Shown here one piece after another: positions 48,437 through 57,898 of a stretch of 64,000 nucleotides of DNA. Made by a program: the position numbers and the translations under genes. Position 1 is the stretch's first letter; the number at the start of each line of letters is the position of its first letter. Source of the stretch: Nitrospirota bacterium (lineage in GTDB: Bacteria > Nitrospirota > UBA9217). The notes beneath the pieces are model-generated. The model was given only the letters and a program-made list of their open reading frames with translations, did not search any database and was not told the origin of the DNA. Where the stretch lies: the NCBI GenBank assembly GCA_963663225.1, contig OY760142.1:928001-992000 (forward strand). Direction: 5' to 3'.

Positions 48437-49996
48437 CTACAGCTGTTTTTTGTTTCTGATTCCGTTGTATTTTTTGTCTGCGAACATTACCACGCACGAA
48501 ATCAGGACCGCGCCTACAAGCAGACTGATTGAAGCAAGCATGTTGTTCAGAAGCGCGGGCCGGAGCAGAAGAACCGTTCCCAGGCCGAGCATCATCATTC
48601 CGGAGACCAGCTTCAGTACGCGGCCCTGGCGTTCCGTCAATTGCTTTTTACCCAAGGTATGCGTGAAGATGATTACGATGACCGCCAGCGGTATGATGTA
48701 GATGAGGTTATAGAGCATCAGATAACAATAATAGATGGAGAGCGGCAGCTGGTTCAGAGTAAGAATCCGGGTGAAGACCATGGGGAACCCGGCGGTGCAG
48801 AGCAATTCATACGAATTGGCGACAATGGCAAGCACCGCTGAACCGACTATCATCGATGCAACGGATGTGGAACGCATCAGTTTTCGCATGCGATCGAACA
48901 GCTTCGGCTTCGCACTGTCGGGGATGGTGAGCGACACGTCCGTTTTGAACGAAAAAAAATCCTTGATATTGATTGCGGCAATGAGTATCGAGACGATTCC
49001 TGCTATGGCTGTGATGAGCGCAACCTGTCCCATGACCAGAAAAAGATTCAGCCACGCGGCCATGAACACAAAGTAGATGAATCCGGAAAAAAAGACGAAG
49101 ATGCCGCCGATGAACAGCATGCGTGTTCTGGACCGCGCGTGCACCAGAAGGCCGAGTAGGGCGAACAGGACAAAAAACGCGCAGGGATTGAAGCTGTCGA
49201 GCCCTGCAATCACGATCGTCATGACCGGCAGCGACATCCCGGCGGGATCAAACCTGCCGAGAAACGGGATATCGATGAGCTCTCCTCTTCCGCCGGTTGA
49301 ATTCGCGTCCGGTTTCACCGCGGTTCCGGCAGAGGGAGATGTTGCTGCGTTCATATTGGATTTTCGCGCGGCGGTTTTCGGAGCCGGTTCGGCTGCAGCC
49401 GATGGGCGGACAGCCTGTTCTTGCAAGGAGGCCAGCGGATCCGGACAGCCTGAGGCCGAGCACTTTTTTATCAGGTCAAGCAATTCAGTTTTCATCGTGT
49501 TTGAAAAACCCACGAATGCCTTGCTGCCGATGAACGTGACGGGAACACCACTCGGGGTTAATCCGTATTTTCCCGCCAGCCGGTTCAGCAATGCGGCATT
49601 GTTCCGGTCATACCAGACCTCATATAACTTGACCCTCATCGATGGATACTGTCTTCCGATTTCCTTCAAAAAATCTTTTTCATCCGCACAGTGAGGACAT
49701 CCATCTCCCCAGAATAAGATGATTGTAAAAGGCTTCAATGAACCCGCGGCGGTTGATAGTTTTTTTTGTGAAATTGTCGATCCGGAAGAAGCGGCCGGGC
49801 TGCCTGTCTCCGCGCCCGGCAATGCAGGCGGAGGAGGGCAGTTTTCCGGCGCGTCCGGGAGTGGAAGCAATGGCTGCTGCACTGTTGAAACAGGGCTGTT
49901 TTGCATAGGCTGCGGGGCAGCCTCGGCCCCCCAAACCGGCACTGTTGAAAAAAACGCCAGCATAAACCAGGCCGGAACCGCGGTCATTGTTTTCAC
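48437..49996 (-). CDS. Exported thioredoxin/glutaredoxin domain fused to a DsbD/CcdA-like TM domain
   Basis: Signal peptide, Pro-rich linker, CPHC, GVPVTFIG; TM domain with DSFNPCAF and ELLCTAG. Confidence 0.8.
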   Translation of the reverse strand: MKTMTAVPAWFMLAFFSTVPVWGAEAAPQPMQNSPVSTVQQPLLPLPDAPENCPPPPALPGAETGSPAASSGSTISQKKLSTAAGSLKPFTIILFWGDGCPHCADEKDFLKEIGRQYPSMRVKLYEVWYDRNNAALLNRLAGKYGLTPSGVPVTFIGSKAFVGFSNTMKTELLDLIKKCSASGCPDPLASLQEQAVRPSAAAEPAPKTAARKSNMNAATSPSAGTAVKPDANSTGGRGELIDIPFLGRFDPAGMSLPVMTIVIAGLDSFNPCAFFVLFALLGLLVHARSRTRMLFIGGIFVFFSGFIYFVFMAAWLNLFLVMGQVALITAIAGIVSILIAAINIKDFFSFKTDVSLTIPDSAKPKLFDRMRKLMRSTSVASMIVGSAVLAIVANSYELLCTAGFPMVFTRILTLNQLPLSIYYCYLMLYNLIYIIPLAVIVIIFTHTLGKKQLTERQGRVLKLVSGMMMLGLGTVLLLRPALLNNMLASISLLVGAVLISCVVMFADKKYNGIRNKKQL

Positions 49997-50928
49997 GCGA
50001 GCATCCCCTTCACAATCATGTCAACGGCCTCCGAAGGAGAAAGTCCATGAGCCATGAGCGTCTCCATCTGCTTTTTATCGACGCTGCCGATAGAGGCCTC
50101 GTGCGTCACCTTTGCCAGCGGATGATTCACCTGGACGAAGGGATACGCCTTTGCCACGGCTTTGTCCTTCACAATCTCCATGCAGTCCACGTGGCCCCGC
50201 GCTCCCGCTGCATTGCCTTCGGTAATGCCGGTGATCTCGGCAGCGGCTTCATCCTCGACCGCGACCCGGGCTTTCACCAGACCCCGGGCGTTCTCCCCTT
50301 CGAGTGCGACCCTCTCCTTTATTCTAATGTCGTCATCTGCATGTCCAAAGACGCGGGCCGTCATCTCCGCCACCGCGTTTTCTCCTGCACGCACGTCGTA
50401 ATCGATCGCGAGCCTGCCGACCCTGCCGTTCACGAGCGTGAAGTCGGTATAATACCTTCCGCCCTTTCCGATCCGGACGACGAGCTTCGGCACGACCTCA
50501 ATTCCGCCGTACAGACCGTGGTAATGGGTCTCCGAGTACCGCATTTCCGCCCCCTCGCCTATCTCGACCGTTGCATCCATGAGGTGCCTCACCTTTTCCG
50601 CTTTTGGAAAAATGCAGTGGGCGATGAACTTTGCTGAAGCGCCGCGTTCAAGCCTGACGTTCATTTTTATTTTTTGCAGTCCTTTTTTGTGCACGATGCC
50701 GAAGCAGAGATGAACGGGGTTTTTTATGACGGCCCCTTCCGCAACGCTGATTGAGGCCGATATGCCGTTCCGCATTTCCCGGGTTTTCACCTTCATGCCT
50801 TCGATTCCCTGCAGGCTCACGATCCGGTTTTGATTCACGACAAGATGCGCCGTCTCCTTGTCGGCAAGGACGCTCTTCTCACCTCCGGCCGCTCCAAACG
50901 CCTCCATCAGGGCATCGAGTTCAGACAT
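49993..50928 (-). CDS. Short SufB/SufD-family Fe-S scaffold (SmsB-like)
   Basis: 311 aa; PVHLCFG, AHCIFP, ARGHVDCMEIV, VTHEASIGSVD. Confidence 0.88.
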   Translation of the reverse strand: MSELDALMEAFGAAGGEKSVLADKETAHLVVNQNRIVSLQGIEGMKVKTREMRNGISASISVAEGAVIKNPVHLCFGIVHKKGLQKIKMNVRLERGASAKFIAHCIFPKAEKVRHLMDATVEIGEGAEMRYSETHYHGLYGGIEVVPKLVVRIGKGGRYYTDFTLVNGRVGRLAIDYDVRAGENAVAEMTARVFGHADDDIRIKERVALEGENARGLVKARVAVEDEAAAEITGITEGNAAGARGHVDCMEIVKDKAVAKAYPFVQVNHPLAKVTHEASIGSVDKKQMETLMAHGLSPSEAVDMIVKGMLA

Positions 50929-51637
50929 ACACGCACGTCTCCTTGTCGCAAACAAGACATTTTTTTGATTTGTAATACGCGGCAACGTTGGCCGGGTTGC
51001 CGGAACAGATGATCCTGCCGTTGCACACCTGCGATGCCTGATCAGCGATGAGGGCGATTTCTTCGCGGTGCGTGATGAGCAGGACGGCGGTTCCCGCCTG
51101 CTTGAATGCCTGTATCACGTTGATGATGTCCTGCGTCGAGAGCATGTCGATTCCCGAATCAGGTTCATCGAGGACCGCGAGCTTGGGACTGAGCGCCAGA
51201 AGTGACGCGAGTTCGATCCGTTTTCGCTCTCCGCCGCTCAACGATTTATCTACCATCCTTGATGAATAAATGTCCGGACTGAGCCCCACCATCTCCAGAC
51301 AGCGAAACGGGTCGGACGTCCTGCTTCCTGCGGCAAGGTAATCGCGGACCGAGATGCCCTCGAACCGCACGGGCTCCTGCCATGCCATGGTTATGCCGAG
51401 TTTCGCCCGTTCATGGATTTTCAGATCATTAATCAGCTGTCCTTCGAAGAGCAGTTCTCCTGCTGTCGGTTTGTATCCTTCGCATCCCATGATTACATAG
51501 GCAAGCGTGCTCTTTCCGGTCCCGTTGGTTCCCAGCAGGGCATGAACATCCGATGGTTCCATGCTCAGGGAAAGCCCATCAAGTATTTTTTTCCCCGCGA
51601 CATGAAACATGAGCCCAGAAATCTCAAGCAGCGGCAT
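50921..51637 (-). CDS. SufC-like ABC ATPase (SmsC-like) with C-terminal Cys motif
   Basis: GTNGTGKST, WQEP, LSGGERKRIE, LDEPDSGID, ITH; tail C...C...CLVCDKETC. Alternative TTG start at 51649. Confidence 0.88.
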   Translation of the reverse strand: MPLLEISGLMFHVAGKKILDGLSLSMEPSDVHALLGTNGTGKSTLAYVIMGCEGYKPTAGELLFEGQLINDLKIHERAKLGITMAWQEPVRFEGISVRDYLAAGSRTSDPFRCLEMVGLSPDIYSSRMVDKSLSGGERKRIELASLLALSPKLAVLDEPDSGIDMLSTQDIINVIQAFKQAGTAVLLITHREEIALIADQASQVCNGRIICSGNPANVAAYYKSKKCLVCDKETCVYV

Positions 51638-51728
51638 GATTGCTGGCAACCTCCCTCATTTTTATTGTATCATGCCTGATACGCTCGTCGTGCCGGTCTT
51701 TTGCCTGTGGCAGTGGAAGTAACATTTT

Positions 51729-52445
51729 TTATTGTCCAATCTTCAGCCTGTCTGCAAAGTAAGAAGGCAGTCCGCTGGCGACGATGGCGTCGGCTGTTTT
51801 TTGAACATCATACGCAATCCTCCGGAATGTAACCTCCACGTCATTCGCGGTTATATCAATCAGAGTCAGACAGCTTCGCGAATCCCCATCCTTCGGTTTT
51901 CCCACACTTCCGGCATTGACAAAGAATCTGTTTTCAATTTTTTTCGTGTACGGCTTGTGGGTATGTCCATAAATCATGATATCGGCACTGCCTTTTCCGG
52001 CCATTTCGTGAAAGAATTTTTCCGATCGGTCCTCATACCAGTAGAGATTGTTCTTTTTCGGCGTGGCATGAAACAGCCAGAGTTTTTTACCTTCCATCGT
52101 GCGTTTGATTTCCGTCGGCAGATTTTTCATATATGCTTTGCTTTTGGGTGATGCATGCTCTTTTGTCCATGCGAACGAACGGTTCGCCATTTCTTCCTGC
52201 AGCGGATCTTCGTATTTACACCCGCAGTGTTCCCGGTCATTCGCCACGGTCTCGTCGTAATTTCCCTGAACGCCTTCTATGTTGTGCTCAATGAGGAAAT
52301 CAACGACCTCGTTCACAAAAGGAGCATACCCCCCGAGATCGCCGAGGTGAAAAAATTTTTCTGCTCCGGCAGGCACAGCTTCGCCGTAGGCGGCTTTCAA
52401 TGCCTCAATATTGCCATGAATATCACCGAAAACCGCTATTTTCAT
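51729..52445 (-). CDS. Calcineurin-like metallophosphoesterase (YfcE/MJ0912-like)
   Basis: GDIHGN, LGDL, GNYD, H, GHTH, NAGSVG; internal CGC. Confidence 0.9.
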   Translation of the reverse strand: MKIAVFGDIHGNIEALKAAYGEAVPAGAEKFFHLGDLGGYAPFVNEVVDFLIEHNIEGVQGNYDETVANDREHCGCKYEDPLQEEMANRSFAWTKEHASPKSKAYMKNLPTEIKRTMEGKKLWLFHATPKKNNLYWYEDRSEKFFHEMAGKGSADIMIYGHTHKPYTKKIENRFFVNAGSVGKPKDGDSRSCLTLIDITANDVEVTFRRIAYDVQKTADAIVASGLPSYFADRLKIGQ

Positions 52446-52558
52446 TTAGCGCCTCTTTCAATACCGGTCAAGGACTTCATCAACGCTCGCCGCCTAAGTA
52501 TGAATAGCTGAAATCGGAACTGCTGCAGGCCTTGTATGCCTGTGAAGACACCACTTTA

Positions 52559-53341
52559 CTACGCCCCTCCTGTAAGCTTTTGATGCAGAGAGGAAAGCTT
52601 TTTTCGATACAGTTCCCTGACAAGCGTTTCGTCTTCCGCCAGCGGTTTAACCGGCACTAAATCCATTACCTGGTCGGCAGACAGCCCGGAGTCTGTCATT
52701 ACGTCTGCCGCACCGTGAACCATATACTTGATGGCATTGGCGGCACTGTTCCGTGAAATGCCGAAAGCCTCCGCAAGCGCCAGAAGTTCATAGAGCTGAA
52801 ACCAAAGGTATGTCGGCCCCATGGCGCTCACGATTGCGTACGCTTCGAGTGTCTTCTCTTCTTCGACGGGACACTCCCCGAGATATCCGAATATTTTTTT
52901 TAATTCGGTCGTTTCCTCCCGGGAAAGCATCGATGAAAACGTAATCGGGTTATACCCTTTATTCACGAGAGACGGCGCATTCGGTATCGAGCGGGCAATC
53001 CGCTGAAATCCGCCGAGCAGTTCAGAAAGTTTGGCAATCGAAAGTTTCGGCGCAAGTGAAATCACAATGGTGTCCGATTTCAGAACGCTTTTTATTTCAG
53101 ACAGGAGAGCACCCATTGCCGGCGGATGCAAGGCTAAAAATACAAGGTCCTGCGCCGACGGTGCCGCGTTATCGTTCAACGCTGTCGCAATGCCTGGAAA
53201 CTCATTGCGCAGGGACCGCAAAACGGCTTCGTTGTTGTCACTCACAATAATGTTTCGAGGAAGCTTTCCTGCACGCTGAAACCCTCCCAGCATGATTTTG
53301 GTAATCCTGCCGCCGCCGATAAAACCGACTGATTTTTCCAT
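52559..53341 (-). CDS. Pyrroline-5-carboxylate reductase-like NAD(P)-dependent oxidoreductase (divergent)
   Basis: GFIGGGRI Rossmann start, ARSIPN, SAMGPTY; the canonical SPGGTT substrate motif was not seen. Confidence 0.75.
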   Translation of the reverse strand: MEKSVGFIGGGRITKIMLGGFQRAGKLPRNIIVSDNNEAVLRSLRNEFPGIATALNDNAAPSAQDLVFLALHPPAMGALLSEIKSVLKSDTIVISLAPKLSIAKLSELLGGFQRIARSIPNAPSLVNKGYNPITFSSMLSREETTELKKIFGYLGECPVEEEKTLEAYAIVSAMGPTYLWFQLYELLALAEAFGISRNSAANAIKYMVHGAADVMTDSGLSADQVMDLVPVKPLAEDETLVRELYRKKLSSLHQKLTGGA

Positions 53342-53494
53342 AATATTCTCCCACTTTTAGCGTTTCCTGCATATCCGTGATTCCGATGCAGGCAGACAAC
53401 TTTTTTATGTTTGTTCCGGAACGGATAAAGCGTCTAATCTCAAACAGAATGTGAGCACATCATTTTTACCACGGCCTATATCTGATGCATATCT

Positions 53495-54577
53495 TTACTT
53501 GTGAAGATCGGCACTGGCTACCGTACAATATTTTTCTGCAAAAAATTTTTTCTGAATCCAGAACGAGACATTGACCAGACCGATCAACACCGGCACTTCT
53601 GCCAAAGGCCCGATGACTGTTGCAAATGCGGCTTCCGAATTGATACCAAAGACCGCCACGGCTACGGCAATGGCCAGTTCAAAATCGTTCGACGCCGCGG
53701 TGAAGCTCAGCGTTGCAGATTTCGGATAATCCGCGCCGGCTTTTTTGGCAATATAGAACGTGAGCAAAAACATAAACACGAAATACATGAACAGCGGGAT
53801 GGCGATCCGCAGCACATCCAGCGGCAGTTTGATAATGTATTCACCCTTGAGTGAAAACATCACAAGGATCGTAAACAGCAGTGCGATCAGGGTGATCGGG
53901 CTGATCTTCGGAATAAATTTTTCATGGTACCATTTTTTATCTTTAAGCCTGATCAGAGCAAAACGGGTAAGCATGCCTGCCAGGAACGGGATGCCAAGAT
54001 AGATGAAAACGCTTTTTGCAATCTGCCCGATGGTCACATCCACCACGACTCCGCCCAGACCGAAAAAGGGCGGAAGAATGGTAATGAATATCCACGCATA
54101 TATCGGGTAGGTAAACACCTGAAACAGTGCATTGAACGCGACAAGACCGGCGACATAGTCAGGATCGCCGCAGGCAAGATCGTTCCACACAAGCACCATG
54201 GCAATGCATCGCGCCAAACCCACCAGAATAATACCGACCATATACCCCGGCATGTCCGGGAGAAGCATGATGGCAAGCGCGAACATGACTATCGGTCCCA
54301 CAATCCAGTTTTGCACGAGGCTGATCGCGAGAATTTTGTAATTGCTGAAAACCTTCGGCAGATCCTCGTAGCGTACTTTTGCCAGCGGAGGATACATCAT
54401 GAGTATGAGCCCGATGGCGATGGGAATATTTGTCGTTCCTGACTGGAAGCTGTTGATTATGCTCTCAACTTCCGGGAAAAAATAGCCAAGACCGACACCG
54501 GCAGCCATCGTAATGAAAATCCAGAAAGTCAAGTAACGATCAATAAAGGAAAGTCTTTTCCCCTCCTGTTCGCTCAT
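53495..54577 (-). CDS. acr3: ACR3-family arsenite efflux transporter
   Basis: [46 protein letters not shown]. Confidence 0.95.
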   Translation of the reverse strand: MSEQEGKRLSFIDRYLTFWIFITMAAGVGLGYFFPEVESIINSFQSGTTNIPIAIGLILMMYPPLAKVRYEDLPKVFSNYKILAISLVQNWIVGPIVMFALAIMLLPDMPGYMVGIILVGLARCIAMVLVWNDLACGDPDYVAGLVAFNALFQVFTYPIYAWIFITILPPFFGLGGVVVDVTIGQIAKSVFIYLGIPFLAGMLTRFALIRLKDKKWYHEKFIPKISPITLIALLFTILVMFSLKGEYIIKLPLDVLRIAIPLFMYFVFMFLLTFYIAKKAGADYPKSATLSFTAASNDFELAIAVAVAVFGINSEAAFATVIGPLAEVPVLIGLVNVSFWIQKKFFAEKYCTVASADLHK

Positions 54578-54942
54578 TTTTTATTCCTCCTTGACACGAC
54601 TGTGCAGCAGGTACTGCCGTTTTTTTGCAGCGTCCACTTCTTCAGTCTTGCCGCATCCGCTGTTGTTGTATCCTGCGGCATCCGCTCAAGCACTGACAAT
54701 ATCAAAAACCGCTTAAAAGCATCCGATTCATCAAGCCGGTAGTGCATCCACTTGCCTTCTTTCCGGCTCCTGACCAGACCGGCGTCCTTTAAAACGGTGA
54801 GATGAAACGAAACCTTGGGCTGAATGAGGTCAAGCCCGGCAACGAGATCGCAGACACAGACCTCACCCTTTTCAAGCAGCTTGATAATCCGCAACCTCGT
54901 CTCGTCGGAGAGGGCTTTAAAGACATTTGCCAGATTGTTCAT
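54574..54942 (-). CDS. arsR: ArsR/SmtB-family repressor
   Basis: [28 protein letters not shown]; stop overlaps the acr3 start (ATGA). Confidence 0.93.
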   Translation of the reverse strand: MNNLANVFKALSDETRLRIIKLLEKGEVCVCDLVAGLDLIQPKVSFHLTVLKDAGLVRSRKEGKWMHYRLDESDAFKRFLILSVLERMPQDTTTADAARLKKWTLQKNGSTCCTVVSRRNKK

Positions 54943-54976
54943 TATTGCGGTCCTTTCGCAAGAAAATAAAAAACTT

Positions 54977-55027
54977 AATATATAAACTTTTTTTTATATA
55001 TTTTAATTAAAAAATCCATAAAGTCAA
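54977..55027 (-). promoter_or_regulatory. arsR promoter with overlapping inverted-repeat operator
   Basis: AATATATAAA-N6-TTTATATATT (54977-55002); minus strand TTGACT (55027-22), 16 nt, TAAAAT (55005-00). Confidence 0.65.
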
Positions 55028-55087
55028 GCATTATATTGCAAATAATATTACTATTAATTAATTTTTATTGATTTATTGCGAACATAA

Positions 55088-55130
55088 ACAAACCCCTTCA
55101 CCTCTGCAGGCTAAGCGTGAAGGGGTTTGT
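55088..55130 (-). terminator. Hairpin/terminator separating the marR unit from the ars-hgc unit
   Basis: 14-bp stem ACAAACCCCTTCAC/GTGAAGGGGTTTGT, 15-nt loop, T-rich 3' side on the minus strand. Confidence 0.6.
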
Positions 55131-55180
55131 AAATTTTATCAGGATGCGTCCGTTGTGCGGTAAATCATGTGTAACATTTT

Positions 55181-56086
55181 TTACAGCTTGGCTTTAAAAA
55201 AGCTGCAAACCTCATGCTGAAATAATTGGTGTCCTTTCTGCACATGCATCATATGTCCTGCGTTTGGGATGACGACGTAGCGCTTATACGGATTGGGAAG
55301 CTGTTGAAAGAACGGCAGCAGGCCGTCCAGATCGGCGACATCATCATACTCTCCGTGAATAACCATCGTAGGAACCGGCACCAGACGCGGGCTCACCATG
55401 GGTGTGCTGGTAATCAGGTCGAGCTGCGGACCGGTCGGAGTCCTGGCTTCCGCCTGCGCGGCCGCCTTCGCATACGCGTCCACAACCGCAGGATCGTTCG
55501 CCTCTGCCGGCGTCATGGAGTAGAAGCGCGGCTTCCATCCTGCTTCGGGAATGCTGATATATGCATTTTTTCTGAAGGTGTCTATCCTGGGCCTTCGTTT
55601 GGCGATATCCGGACTGTTCGCGTGCATCTGAGCGTAGCACACATACTTGTCAACCTTGTCGGCATGAGCCATGATAAACATGCCGCCGTACTGAGTGCCC
55701 CACGACCACCCGAGAAGATTTATCTTCTGGGCGTTTCTGAGATTCAGGACATAACTCGCTGTAGCGCCGAGGTCCTCGCAGGCTTCCGCCGTGGTTATGT
55801 GGCCTTCGGGATGGGTCGATCGGCCGAAGCCTCGCACATCCGGCGCGAACACATCGAACCCTTCTCTCGCCAGCCGGTCCATCAAGCTGTACGAAGGTTG
55901 CCCCGGAACCTGAAGATCGAAACTCTCCCGGCCTGCTGTGGCGGAACCGTGCGCCAGGATGACCACAGGTTTGCCGTGTGGGTTTCCCTGGTGCTTCTCC
56001 CAAAGATACAGTCTGATCCCATTCTGCTCCACCCAGTGCTCGGAGCCGATTATTTTTTCTGTTTTACCGCAATTTTTTTCGCTCAT
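55181..56086 (-). CDS. Alpha/beta-fold hydrolase
   Basis: LAHG, DVRGFGRS, nucleophile elbow GWSWG, HGEYD, AGH. Confidence 0.9.
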   Translation of the reverse strand: MSEKNCGKTEKIIGSEHWVEQNGIRLYLWEKHQGNPHGKPVVILAHGSATAGRESFDLQVPGQPSYSLMDRLAREGFDVFAPDVRGFGRSTHPEGHITTAEACEDLGATASYVLNLRNAQKINLLGWSWGTQYGGMFIMAHADKVDKYVCYAQMHANSPDIAKRRPRIDTFRKNAYISIPEAGWKPRFYSMTPAEANDPAVVDAYAKAAAQAEARTPTGPQLDLITSTPMVSPRLVPVPTMVIHGEYDDVADLDGLLPFFQQLPNPYKRYVVIPNAGHMMHVQKGHQLFQHEVCSFFKAKL

Positions 56087-56167
56087 GCATGCTCTCCTGT
56101 TCTGAAATTAATCCGCTGTTGTTCCTAAAGACGGCAAATACACGGAAAAGGATACACTCCGAATTGT

Positions 56168-57298
56168 TCAGGCCGCGGCAAGGGCCGCTTCAATTTCTTT
56201 TCTGGCATCATCTGACGTTTCCCGGCTCAGGCTCAGTTCAAGAATTTGCTTCGCTTCGCTGCCTCCGATTCTGCCCAAAGCCCAGGCGGAATATCCACGG
56301 ACAACATCCTCCGGATCCTGCATGGCCGTGCGGAGATCTTGTATATATCCGGGATCTTTCGTATTGCCGAGCGCGATGGCGGCATTTCTCTGGAACCATT
56401 TCTTTTCCTTTATATAGTTATACATCAAAGGCTGCACTCTTTGCGCATAAAAGTCATCAGTCATGTTCAGCATTTTGCGCAGACTGAAATCCTGTGCGAT
56501 CTGCTCAAGGAAGGGGTCCGGAGGCAGTTTCATTTTCAACCTCGCCTGATTGCGGGGACAGACTTCCTGACAAACGTCGCAGCCGTGAACCCGGGTCCCC
56601 ATTTTTTCCCTGATTTCTGCAGGAATGGTGCAGCTCACCCCGGGCCGGTTATTGGTCCACCAGTTGTTATACGAGATGCACCGCCGGGGATTCAGTTTGA
56701 GCGGTTCGTAAATCGCGCCGGTAGGGCAGGCGTTCATGCACGCCTTGCAATTGTCCGGACACTGTACCTCCAGCGTGGGGGCATCCTGCTCAAGTTCGGC
56801 ATCCACGACAAAAGAGCTGAGCACCACAAACGACCCGATTCCCTCGACATACGAAAAATTGTTCTTTCCGTAACGAGAGACCCCGGCACGGGCGGCTACC
56901 AGCCGCTCCGGGTGCCAATGCTCATACGGGCTTACCCGGCAGCCGTTTTGTTCCAAAAATTTTTTCAGCAATTCAGAGCGGGCGCCGTTGATGCGATGCG
57001 GAGGGGCCATATAGCACCGTGCCTGATAAATCCGGCCGATCTTGCCCAGCAATTTTTCCGGAAAAGACAGGGACGCGTAATCATAGGCGACCGATACTAT
57101 CGACTTAGCTGCAGGAAAAATGTTTCGTGGATTCGCCGCTTCCAGCGGCTTGCGGGTCGAATCAATATAGAAGGAATACATTTCACGCCGGGATTTTAAA
57201 TCTTCACTGTAGTCGGGAAAACCGTCCGCCGTGGTGATGCCCGCCTTGCAGTAGCCGAGGTCCAGAGCGTATTCTTTTATTTTCCGTGCTAATGACAT
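56168..57298 (-). CDS. QueG-like (epoxyqueuosine reductase family) Fe-S protein with HEAT repeats
   Basis: ARAG...YGKN, CPDNCKACMNACPTGA, RCIS, GCDVCQEVCP, RNAAIALGN, AWALGRIG; DYH motif not seen. Confidence 0.8.
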   Translation of the reverse strand: MSLARKIKEYALDLGYCKAGITTADGFPDYSEDLKSRREMYSFYIDSTRKPLEAANPRNIFPAAKSIVSVAYDYASLSFPEKLLGKIGRIYQARCYMAPPHRINGARSELLKKFLEQNGCRVSPYEHWHPERLVAARAGVSRYGKNNFSYVEGIGSFVVLSSFVVDAELEQDAPTLEVQCPDNCKACMNACPTGAIYEPLKLNPRRCISYNNWWTNNRPGVSCTIPAEIREKMGTRVHGCDVCQEVCPRNQARLKMKLPPDPFLEQIAQDFSLRKMLNMTDDFYAQRVQPLMYNYIKEKKWFQRNAAIALGNTKDPGYIQDLRTAMQDPEDVVRGYSAWALGRIGGSEAKQILELSLSRETSDDARKEIEAALAAA

Positions 57299-57332
57299 GG
57301 TATCTGCCCCTCCATCAGATGGTGAACCTTTT

Positions 57333-57348
57333 GCGTGTATCTACACGC
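57333..57348. promoter_or_regulatory. Putative MarR operator, copy 2
   Basis: GCGTGTA-TC-TACACGC, between marR and the queG-like gene. Confidence 0.65.
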
Positions 57349-57364
57349 GAACAATCAAAAAAAA

Positions 57365-57823
57365 TCAATCAGTCAAAGACTCGACCTTCATCAACAAAGA
57401 AACGAATTGTTCAAGGTTTTCCAATCCCAGCTTTGAGGAAATGGCTGCCTGCGCTTCTTCCCAATAAGGAAGGGCGGACTCCAGTGTCTTTTTGCCTTTT
57501 GGAGTAACCGTCAAGGGCCGCGTGCGGGAATCCTCACTGGCAGCATTTTCGATAAGCCACTGTTCTTGTAACGACTTGAGATTTCTGACGAGAGTCGTGC
57601 GATCAAGCCTCAATATCTGCGCTAATTCACTGGCGTTCAACGCACCGGACATCGAGATATTCCGCAGCATGGCGAATTGCGTGATTTTGAGTCCGCTTGG
57701 ATCCATGGCGGCATCATAAAATTTTGTGATCGCCCGCGAAGCCCTCCGCACATTGGAACAGACGCATTTGCTCGGGCTCCGGTAACTCGGTACGAGTCCA
57801 TCAGCTTGTCTTGTTTTAGTCAT
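57365..57823 (-). CDS. MarR-family regulator with N-terminal CxC
   Basis: CVCSNVRRASRAITKFYD, LDRTTLVRNL, DSRTR, TPKG; start set to ATG 57823. Confidence 0.9.
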   Translation of the reverse strand: MTKTRQADGLVPSYRSPSKCVCSNVRRASRAITKFYDAAMDPSGLKITQFAMLRNISMSGALNASELAQILRLDRTTLVRNLKSLQEQWLIENAASEDSRTRPLTVTPKGKKTLESALPYWEEAQAAISSKLGLENLEQFVSLLMKVESLTD

Positions 57824-57854
57824 CCTGTCGTCCTGAGAAGACAATCATGAAAAG

Positions 57855-57898
57855 CGTGTATATACACGTTTTATATCGCATAATGATTTGCCTGTCAA
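57855..57898 (-). promoter_or_regulatory. marR promoter with palindromic operator, copy 1
   Basis: Minus strand TTGACA (57898-93), 17 nt, TATAAA (57875-70); perfect palindrome CGTGTATATACACG (57855-68). Confidence 0.72.

Noticed and set aside
46972-57898. ars-hgc-marR region as a mobile island
   Set aside because: The content is accessory-like, but no transposase, integrase or flanking direct repeats were seen.
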